From: a virus
Taxonomy: Duplodnaviria; Caudoviricetes
Virus record (IMG/VR): IMGVR_UViG_3300029448_000113
Coordinates: 1 to 39,659 of that record
Strand: one strand, 5' to 3'
Length of the DNA stretch: 39,659 bases
Shown here one piece after another: positions 9,546 through 15,658 of this stretch. Under the pieces are notes generated by a model that had not been told where the DNA came from, made no database searches, and saw only the letters and a program-made list of their open reading frames with translations. Numbering within the stretch: position 1 is the first letter of the stretch; each line of letters begins with the position of its first letter. A program made the translations under genes and the position numbers.

Positions 9546-9765
9546 CTTGTTTCCTTAGTTGGTACTCTAAATCGTTTACTGAGTGAAGTGCTTCCTTGGC
9601 CCAACGCTTCACAGCCTCCCCTGATCCTTTAACAGATTCAAACTCAGGCATCTCTGTTAGACGCTTAACATTGCCCTCTGGCAACCTAGTAGTTGGTAGC
9701 GGTCTGAGGCTACTGCAACTGGTCGTTAATATGATCAGCAGTATGCTTATGCACTTTAGCGGCAT
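9538..9765 (-). CDS. Lipoprotein, putative o-spanin (Rz1-like)
   Basis: Signal peptide with lipobox-like ILTTS-C followed by a Pro-rich segment. Overlaps the upstream TM gene in another frame. Confidence 0.55.
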   Translation of the reverse strand: MPLKCISILLIILTTSCSSLRPLPTTRLPEGNVKRLTEMPEFESVKGSGEAVKRWAKEALHSVNDLEYQLRKQDD

Positions 9766-9871
9766 CTTGTTCCTTTATTTCCTTTTTAGTAGCTGCCCTG
9801 TTATTAAGCCACCACAGCCAGATTGATAACCCAGCCCCAGCTATGCCTAAGATTCCTTCTATGTATCCCAT
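9710..9871 (-). CDS. Small N-terminal TM protein, putative i-spanin (Rz-like, 53 aa)
   Basis: From ATG 9871: MGYIEGILGIAGAGLSIWLWWL (TM helix) plus a short charged helix. The track's longer start at 9979 runs through a structured RNA region. Confidence 0.5.
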   Translation of the reverse strand: MGYIEGILGIAGAGLSIWLWWLNNRAATKKEIKEQDAAKVHKHTADHINDQLQ

Positions 9872-9877
9872 CGTTAG

Positions 9878-9959
9878 AGTACGGTGCTTTGTTTCAAGGG
9901 CTCCCAGAGAGAGGTGCGAGCCGTTACGGAATCTCTCCGCACACCATACGCACCGCACT
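9878..9959 (-). ncRNA. Structured three-way-junction RNA motif, copy B
   Basis: P1 AGTGCGGTGC/GCACCGTACT; junction GTATG; P2 GT-(G bulge)-TGCGGA-GAGAT-TCCGTA-AC; P3 GGCTC/GAGCC; junction CTTGAAACAAA. Same architecture as 14641-14744. Confidence 0.65.
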
Positions 9960-10023
9960 GTAGGAATTACTATTAGCATAAACGGAAAGATTCAAGTTTC
10001 TTATGTATCGGATATTTCGAATC

Positions 10024-10140
10024 GGAGAAAACCCCTGTCTGTAAGAAACTCATTTTATCCTTTCTCCACTTTCTCCGAGGTTCTCCAAAATACTCACACT
10101 AGAATATAATAGAATAGATTAGAGTAAATTACATTATATT
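10024..10140 (+). repeat. Origin-like element 1: inverted GGAGA, 3x TCTCC, AATACTCACA, eight degenerate A-x-A-x-T pentamers
   Basis: TCTCC at 10063, 10072 and 10082; AATACTCACA at 10089-10098; AGAAT ATAAT AGAAT AGATT AGAGT AAATT ACATT ATATT at 10101-10140. Confidence 0.7.
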
Positions 10141-10417
10141 ATCCTCTATAGTTTAGTCTCCAGAGAAGCTTAGAAATGTTAGCAGCAGTAGTATCAACCC
10201 ATTCCTCCTCGGAGCATTTATCTATAGACGGGTACTCTGCGTGTAGGCATTCATGTATCAATACCTCCAGCCTGTACCGCCCCTTGAGTTTAGGGCTTAT
10301 AGTTATGGACTTCTCCTTCTCCTTCGGCGGGTTATCCGAATCACAGCATAAGCCGTCTATGTCCTCTATGTGTATGTCAAACTTGCCCGTACTAAACTGA
10401 TGTGTCTTTACGCCCAT
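10139..10417 (-). CDS. Small HExxH zinc-metallopeptidase-like protein (92 aa)
   Basis: ITISPKL..RLEVLIHECLHA..EEEWV minimal zincin motif. Confidence 0.75.
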   Translation of the reverse strand: MGVKTHQFSTGKFDIHIEDIDGLCCDSDNPPKEKEKSITISPKLKGRYRLEVLIHECLHAEYPSIDKCSEEEWVDTTAANISKLLWRLNYRG

Positions 10418-11913
10418 TATCCAGCATCCATTCCTCCTACGCCGTGAGTGACACTGTATCCATCCCCCTCGTCAGGCCAGATCATATCAAACACGCTTTG
10501 CCTCCCGTGCTGTACAGTTGGGTTGTTTATACCTCCGCAGGTTAAGGCTCCTACAACCGCATCCCCTCTGTCCGGTGAGTTGATGCCACGGGACTTCATA
10601 TCGTCCTTGCTCTCCAGCATTAGCTTTCCCTTACTGTTTGTCTTACCTAATCTGGTGGTAAGCTGCTCAATAAGTAAATCGTCCTCCGGCAGTATAGCCT
10701 CTGCCTTCTCAATTATACGGGCCGACTCATACCACATCTCAGCCCCTCGGTTTCCGTAATGCCTGTCATCATAGGCTCTTGAACCATTGTTCACCCTGTT
10801 AACCGCCCATCCAGCTTCAGCCAAAGCGTCACACATAGGTATGCCCAGACCTCCAGCGTCAGCGTATATACAGCTTGGGTCTAGGTCTGCCTTCTTAAAC
10901 TCCATAATGAACCTACCCACAGAGCCCATAGTATTACGCTCCTTCCAGCATTTCAGCGGTAGAATCTCATTACCCTCACGGATACATAGCACATTCTCGT
11001 CACCCCCAGCCGCGAAGTCACAGAAGGCTACACGCTGACCCTTCCTCTTATGCGGTGGATTCTGATAACAGAACTGTAATGTGTTGTAAGGTATAACCAG
11101 ATTCTCAGAGCCCAAGTCCATGAACTCCCCGTATATCATAGACCGGATCAACGGATGCTCTGCACCCCACTTCTCCGTCTGCTCATCAATCCACGACTGC
11201 GGTATATGTGGACAGTCAAATGCAGTGACACTATGAGTTTTCCAGAAACTAGCCTCTTTCGTGAATGCTTTGTAGAACGCACCCTGCGGCCCTCCGGGAC
11301 TTGACATCACTAACAGTCTGCTTGGCTGGCAACGAGCGATAGCTTCATATATGGAATCAGGCACAGTCTTAGCCTCATCGACCACCATCAGCAGATTGTC
11401 TGTCGGCCCCTGCCTATGCCAGCCCTCAAACTTACCCGCATCATTCGTACTAAACCCAATCGCCCTGCTGCCATTATTGAACTCTAGCTCGTTACTTGTC
11501 ACCCTCCAGCCATCCCCTAGGTTCGCAATATACTTACGCAGGTTCGGCCATAGCTGATCTTCCACCTGCCGCCATACCCCAGCCGTTGTAATGGTCAGGC
11601 TTTCTGGGAATCTTATCATGTGCCACAGAACCGCGCTTGCTGCGACGAGAGAGGTCTTTCCTGAGCCGTTTGCTGCCTTCATGGCTACACGGGCCTCCTT
11701 GAAATTAAGATCGCTTAGAACGCGTTTCTGCCACTCATACGCCTTTAGCCCTAGGAATAGCTCTGGAAAGTTCTCCAGTTGGGCTGCTCTCTCCACGATT
11801 GTACGCTTTGTGAGCTTCTTTTCGCCCTTTTTGGCTACCTTAGACTGTACAGCATTGGTGATTTTGCGGGAAACTTTGGTACTTCTCAGGGGTTTCTTTA
11901 ACTTTAGGGCCAC
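10417..11913 (-). CDS. terL: Terminase large subunit
   Basis: Q motif (YEWQ), Walker A AANGSGKT, Walker B LMVVDEAK, coupling motif MSSP, nuclease motifs CDFAAGGD and SPDRGDA. Confidence 0.95.
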   Translation of the reverse strand: MALKLKKPLRSTKVSRKITNAVQSKVAKKGEKKLTKRTIVERAAQLENFPELFLGLKAYEWQKRVLSDLNFKEARVAMKAANGSGKTSLVAASAVLWHMIRFPESLTITTAGVWRQVEDQLWPNLRKYIANLGDGWRVTSNELEFNNGSRAIGFSTNDAGKFEGWHRQGPTDNLLMVVDEAKTVPDSIYEAIARCQPSRLLVMSSPGGPQGAFYKAFTKEASFWKTHSVTAFDCPHIPQSWIDEQTEKWGAEHPLIRSMIYGEFMDLGSENLVIPYNTLQFCYQNPPHKRKGQRVAFCDFAAGGDENVLCIREGNEILPLKCWKERNTMGSVGRFIMEFKKADLDPSCIYADAGGLGIPMCDALAEAGWAVNRVNNGSRAYDDRHYGNRGAEMWYESARIIEKAEAILPEDDLLIEQLTTRLGKTNSKGKLMLESKDDMKSRGINSPDRGDAVVGALTCGGINNPTVQHGRQSVFDMIWPDEGDGYSVTHGVGGMDAG

Positions 11914-11953
11914 TTTTTTGGTGCTCCGATAATTTGAGGTGGGTAGATAGTAA

Positions 11954-12373
11954 CTATACCGTGCCGTTGGGGGTGGTATCCCCCCGTGGTGTCACGCGTT
12001 CGGGTGCGGATTGGAGTGCTTTTAACAACTCCGGCGACACCGTGCCCTGCGTTTCCTGTTTTATTTCCTGTCGATCCGTTTTATTCCACTGGCCGTGGCG
12101 GCGTTCGAGGATGGCAATGGCCAATTTCCCGTCACGTTGGGATGCCTGAGTGGCGAGGGCGACGAGGTGATGCTCATGGTCAGCCGTTGCTTTGTCTATC
12201 CGCAATTTCAGGGCGGGATACATACGCGTCCACTTCTCAACCTGCGGCACGGATAACTCCACGAATTTCGCAGCGGATTGAACGGAGAGTCCCTCGCGGA
12301 TGACATCGCAAAGCTGGTCAATCTTTTCCTCGGGAATGGGCGGGAGTTTGGTTGGTTCGGCTATTTTAGGCAT
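11954..12373 (-). CDS. terS: Terminase small subunit (139 aa)
   Basis: From ATG 12373 (MPKIAEP). HTH IREGLSVQSAAKFVELSVPQVEKW and AIAILERR motif; lies directly upstream of terL. Confidence 0.8.
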   Translation of the reverse strand: MPKIAEPTKLPPIPEEKIDQLCDVIREGLSVQSAAKFVELSVPQVEKWTRMYPALKLRIDKATADHEHHLVALATQASQRDGKLAIAILERRHGQWNKTDRQEIKQETQGTVSPELLKALQSAPERVTPRGDTTPNGTV

Positions 12374-12702
12374 CTGGGGATTTATTTCAGTTGGTGGCGT
12401 ATGTATATGTGTAGAGGGAGAGGGAGTCAACTCCAAACCTCGGATGCAGTCGCGTCTACAAGCGTGGCGGGTCATCTCCTCGCATTGCGGGACACTCAAG
12501 TCCATCCTGAAGCGAGGCAGCGTGTAGGTTTCCACGAAAAAATTATTAGTTGAAACAGAGAGCCACTTCGGTGGGCGCGTCATATCAGGCGTGCGCGGCG
12601 TGGAGCGGGTCAGAGAATCAATAATCTGATCGCAGCTAAGAAACGCCACTCGCCTCTCATCTGGGTCACTGGCCTTAATCTAATCAAGAAAAAGGAAAAC
12701 CA
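12374..12702. promoter_or_regulatory. Divergent control region between the packaging/late arm and the early arm
   Basis: Strand switch. Contains an A/T tract followed by TTGAAA (about 12537-12555) and clustered hairpins, including CCAC-TTCG-GTGG. I found no canonical -10 at 17 bp. Confidence 0.55.
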
Positions 12703-13016
12703 ATGATAACAGAACAAATCAACCTGAACGGAATAGAAACACCAGAGCAAGCAATCAAACCTAAGGCTCCAAGTGAGGCGGCGGTGAAGAAAGCAGAGAA
12801 GGAAGCAGCCAAGAAACAGGAAGCAGAAGAGTTGCAGACTCAGCTAAACCTCAGGCAAGAAGAGGTCATTCGCTGGCATCGTAACAATGAACACTCACCT
12901 TGGCCTGAGTATCCGCAAGGAAAGCGCAAGGAAAACGGTGAGATCAAAGAGTACATCCAGCGTATCAAACGCAAGTAAGTAAAAAACCAATCCGGTCAGT
13001 GATCCAGATGAGAGGT
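12652..13016 (+). repeat. 23-nt imperfect inverted repeat (12652-12674 / 12994-13016) flanking ORF 12703-12978
   Basis: GCCTCTCATCTGGGTCACTGGCC pairs with GGTCAGTGATCCAGATGAGAGGT. All non-Watson-Crick positions are G-U on the plus strand. Confidence 0.85.
12703..12978 (+). CDS. First early protein, unknown function (91 aa)
   Basis: AAGGA plus A-rich leader; coherent helical K/E/A-rich protein. Confidence 0.7.
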   Translation: MITEQINLNGIETPEQAIKPKAPSEAAVKKAEKEAAKKQEAEELQTQLNLRQEEVIRWHRNNEHSPWPEYPQGKRKENGEIKEYIQRIKRK

Positions 13017-13084
13017 TGAACACCTTTCTTCAAGGCAACGGTGAGCCTCAATCACCATAACAAACTAATAAGAGAGTAGATACT

Positions 13085-13864
13085 ATGGAAAAAGTAACTA
13101 AGAAATCAGTCCGTAAAGCAGAGTTGTTCTTCGATCCCAAGCTAAATAGCAGCGGTGAGGTGAGCGGCGATGGCTTAGGTTTACACACTGCATCACTTCG
13201 TGGTCTAGAAAAGGACACCTTAACTAAGGCTCTGAATGGTGCAAAGATAAACAATATAGTCATGCGCGAGGTCACTTACAAGTGGCACAATCCTGACCAC
13301 AAGATGAAGCTAGATATTCTTGCGTCCAAGGGTGCAGAATGGATGGCTGATCCAAATCAGGAGAGCCAAGCTGATGCGGTTCAAGAGGTTAAGTTAATCC
13401 CTAACAACTACCGCAATGCTGCTAAGATGATGGACTTGGAACACCGCAAGATCACTCCAGACGCAGACGGAAACGTAGCTGAACTGGTTGACTTGCTGGA
13501 CAAGAACAAGAATCAAGTCATTGACCCCAAGACAGGACAGCCAAAGCAGGTCTGGAATAAGGCTGGCAAAACGCTGTTCTCATCTAAGGAACGTGAAGCA
13601 TTCTTCAATCTAGCGCACCGCTGCATCGAGTTAATGCCTGAGCTAGAGGGACAACACGGCGAAATCAGAGAGGACTTCATTGCCGAGGGTGGACGTACAG
13701 TGACCACGAAGGTAACGAAGGGCTCGATGGTTCAGACGTTAGTCAAGCCACGCAAGGGAGCAGCACCATCCAAGTCGTTCGACATTCAGGGAACTGAATA
13801 CTCATCGGCTGAACTGGAGCGTCTCGCTGCCGAAGGACTGATTCAAATCAATCAGCAGAACTAA
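13085..13864 (+). CDS. Early protein, unknown function (259 aa)
   Basis: Long ORF with an A-rich leader, followed by a terminator hairpin. No family recognised. Confidence 0.8.
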   Translation: MEKVTKKSVRKAELFFDPKLNSSGEVSGDGLGLHTASLRGLEKDTLTKALNGAKINNIVMREVTYKWHNPDHKMKLDILASKGAEWMADPNQESQADAVQEVKLIPNNYRNAAKMMDLEHRKITPDADGNVAELVDLLDKNKNQVIDPKTGQPKQVWNKAGKTLFSSKEREAFFNLAHRCIELMPELEGQHGEIREDFIAEGGRTVTTKVTKGSMVQTLVKPRKGAAPSKSFDIQGTEYSSAELERLAAEGLIQINQQN

Positions 13865-13874
13865 TTAGTAAACC

Positions 13875-13920
13875 AAGAGAGGGTCGGGGAGTAACATCCT
13901 CGGCTCTCTCTTTTTATTTC
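13875..13920 (+). terminator. Intrinsic terminator
   Basis: 16-bp stem AAGAGAGGGTCGGGGA/TCCTCGGCTCTCTCTT (3 G-U pairs) followed by TTTATTTC. Confidence 0.75.
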
Positions 13921-13945
13921 AAACCAAAGGAAGGAGGATAATCCC

Positions 13946-14101
13946 GTGAGCATAGAGAAACTTGAGAAGATTAAAGAAGAAATCAAGCAGAGCAATGAGG
14001 CTAGGATAGAGAAGGAGACGCAAGGCATGGTAGCAGCAGCCTGTTTCACTCTAATGCTAGTTGTCTGCACAATCCTGATCGTCATCGGAGCATTCAAATG
14101 A
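13946..14101 (+). CDS. Small membrane protein (51 aa, C-terminal TM helix)
   Basis: Not in the track. SD AAGGAGG, GTG start, MSIEKLEKIKEEIKQSNEARIEKETQGMVAAACFTLMLVVCTILIVIGAFK; ATGA overlap with the next gene. Confidence 0.7.
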   Translation: MSIEKLEKIKEEIKQSNEARIEKETQGMVAAACFTLMLVVCTILIVIGAFK

Positions 14102-14322
14102 GCCAAGATCAGCACATAACCGAGCTACTCTGCAAGATTCAGGTGCTAGAGAAGAATCTGCAATCATCCAGCAGGTGTAGCGTTAAGATGTATAGAAGCT
14201 TAGGTGAACGCATAGATAATATAGAGCAGTTCATTAACCTAAGATACAGTTCAGAAGAACCCCTCAGTGAGAAGGAAAAGGACTTAATGGAGGGACAATT
14301 CCAATTATTTAAGGAGGACTAA
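14098..14322 (+). CDS. Hypothetical coiled-coil protein (74 aa)
   Basis: Coupled to the upstream ORF by an ATGA overlap. Confidence 0.65.
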   Translation: MSQDQHITELLCKIQVLEKNLQSSSRCSVKMYRSLGERIDNIEQFINLRYSSEEPLSEKEKDLMEGQFQLFKED

Positions 14323-14325
14323 GCA

Positions 14326-14595
14326 ATGAAAATAGATAAAGTATCCAAGCTTGAGCAAGATATGATTCACACAAACCTAGGCATGAAGATGATTGTCGAG
14401 CGTGTAGAGAAGGAGTTACTAGCCATGAAACAATCCTTTGACCACATAAGGAGAGAAGAGAAGCTGATAAGAAAGCGGCTCACCTTGCTAGAGGAGGAGG
14501 TAAAAGCTGGCAGAGTGGAGACGGATTCCCAAAACACTGTCTCCAGTTATCTCCAGACATCTCCGCAATACTCACAAGAGAATAGAATAGAATAG
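14326..14595 (+). CDS. Hypothetical coiled-coil protein (89 aa) whose 3' end runs into origin-like element 2
   Basis: SD AAGGAGG. The C-terminus ...SQENRIE is encoded by the TCTCC/AGAAT repeats. Confidence 0.65.
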   Translation: MKIDKVSKLEQDMIHTNLGMKMIVERVEKELLAMKQSFDHIRREEKLIRKRLTLLEEEVKAGRVETDSQNTVSSYLQTSPQYSQENRIE

Positions 14596-14626
14596 AATAG
14601 AATAGAATAGATTATATATCTATATA
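14517..14626 (+). repeat. Origin-like element 2: inverted GGAGA, 3x TCTCC (10-bp period), AATACTCACA, (AGAAT)6 and AT tract
   Basis: TCTCC at 14540, 14550 and 14560; AATACTCACA at 14567-14576; (AGAAT)x6 at 14579-14608, then AGATTATATATCTATATA. Confidence 0.75.
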
Positions 14627-14640
14627 GTGTAAGGAGCTTT

Positions 14641-14744
14641 GAGCATATAAGGGAATGATGCTACGGGAGAGCCGTAGATATGTGTTTAGAGGGTTAGGTT
14701 TTTCCCTCTGTCATTGGCACACTTGAAACAAACCTTATATGCTC
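14641..14744 (+). ncRNA. Structured three-way-junction RNA motif, copy A
   Basis: P1 GAGCATATAAGG/CCTTATATGCTC (12 bp perfect); junction GAATG; P2 AT-(G bulge)-CTACGG-GAGAG-CCGTAG-AT; P3 TGTGTT/GGCACA with inner AGAGGG/CCCTCT; junction CTTGAAACAAA. Confidence 0.65.
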
Positions 14745-14757
14745 TCTCAATCTCGCG

Positions 14758-14819
14758 CTCCTGTCCGTCCTGCGACTCCTTTCAAATAAAAAAAATGCAG
14801 GTATCTAATCGGGCAGGAG
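14758..14819 (+). promoter_or_regulatory. Leader stem-loop following RNA motif copy A
   Basis: CTCCTGTCCG/CGGGCAGGAG outer stem and CCTGC/GCAGG inner stem. Confidence 0.5.
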
Positions 14820-14855
14820 ACAATTTCAAACCAAACAAGTAACCAAAGGAAACGT

Positions 14856-15089
14856 ATGCAAATACTAATGATGGGCGGCGAGGATGTTAAGTCCTTCCCT
14901 GCCAAATCAAAAGAGTGTCCGTTAAGGGCATTGATAGAAGCCACGATGGATTCACCTGAACTCAGCCCTATTCTGGTGACAGAGATAACAACAAGAGAGG
15001 GCAAGAGGCGGCTCAGGTCTGTGTACTCAGATGATTCAGTCGCTAAGGTGGCAAACGAAATACTAGATGAAAGGCATAACAATGAGTGA
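14856..15089 (+). CDS. Hypothetical protein (77 aa)
   Basis: AAAGGAAA leader; overlaps the next gene by 8 nt. Confidence 0.65.
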   Translation: MQILMMGGEDVKSFPAKSKECPLRALIEATMDSPELSPILVTEITTREGKRRLRSVYSDDSVAKVANEILDERHNNE

Positions 15090-15546
15090 GAAAATTATAG
15101 GCAAACTAGTTAAGGATGACATAGGTATTCAGCGATGGCGCGGTGGTGACATAACATCTAGTGGCGAAGCTCGCTATGACGTAGTGATAACCGATGGAGA
15201 CTCGGTGTGCTACTACCCATTGATGATGAGTATGACTGACTGCTGTAAGGAGATGGAGACTAAGCACGGAGTTAGCCCGCTAGATATTAAGTTTGAAAAG
15301 ACTTCCTATCGGTTGGGTTTAGAAGCAAGACATGAAAGATATGAAAAGAAAGAGAGAGAGAAGCTGGAAGAAAAAGAAAGAGAGCTACGGCATGACGCAT
15401 GGTCGGAAGTTCTGATAAGCGGCGATCTACGATTTGCTATGAGCCGCGAGGATGCAGATAATATATTCAATAGGCAATTGGAAATGCTGAGATTCTACAG
15501 GCGTAGAGAAAAGCAAAAGAAATGGAAGGGAGGCCGATGGGCTTAA
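15082..15546 (+). CDS. Hypothetical protein (about 154 aa)
   Basis: Open frame on the coding strand; start at 15082 (MSEKII) is likely coupled to the upstream gene. Confidence 0.65.
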   Translation: MSEKIIGKLVKDDIGIQRWRGGDITSSGEARYDVVITDGDSVCYYPLMMSMTDCCKEMETKHGVSPLDIKFEKTSYRLGLEARHERYEKKEREKLEEKERELRHDAWSEVLISGDLRFAMSREDADNIFNRQLEMLRFYRRREKQKKWKGGRWA

Positions 15547-15553
15547 ACAATAG

Positions 15554-15647
15554 GTAGCTTTTAGGCTACTGCAACACCGTTCATGGCTGGCTGCAATGCA
15601 GGGCTAGTCGTGGGCGGTATGCAGTTGCTTGATAGTATCAGGTAACT
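15554..15647 (+). promoter_or_regulatory. Long G-U-rich intergenic hairpins (candidate RNase III processing site)
   Basis: 16-bp stem 15576-15591/15603-15618 with 5 G-U pairs, closed by ACTGCA/TGCAGT; a second 11-bp hairpin at 15623-15647. Confidence 0.55.
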
Positions 15648-15658
15648 CAACTAGAACA

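Noticed and set aside
12560-12585. Resemblance to the 3' end of a twister-sister ribozyme (GCCAC-TTCG-GTGGGCGC)
   Set aside because: The required upstream conserved elements are absent at the right spacing.
12597-12648. tRNA-like GGCGT...ACGCCA element
   Set aside because: Only about 52 nt, with no D arm, T arm (TTCRA) or cloverleaf.
12374-12649. 92-aa N-terminal extension of terS in the ORF track
   Set aside because: Runs antisense through the structured control region and looks non-protein-like; ATG 12373 gives a normal-size terS.
14579-14613. (AGAAT)n tract as a CRISPR array or phase-variation microsatellite
   Set aside because: No spacers. The degenerate twin at 10101-10140 keeps the periodicity without identity, which fits an unwinding or binding element better.
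14641-14744. RNA motif as a hammerhead or hairpin ribozyme (TGATG / GAAAC, GTAT / GAAACA)
   Set aside because: The junction order does not fit the hammerhead CUGANGA-stemII-GAAA core. Hairpin loop B needs GUAUAUUA and loop A needs AGAA/NGUC, which copy B lacks.
14722-14750. TTGAAA within the RNA motif as a sigma70 -35 box
   Set aside because: No good -10 at 16-18 bp in either copy, and the conservation is explained by the RNA junction.
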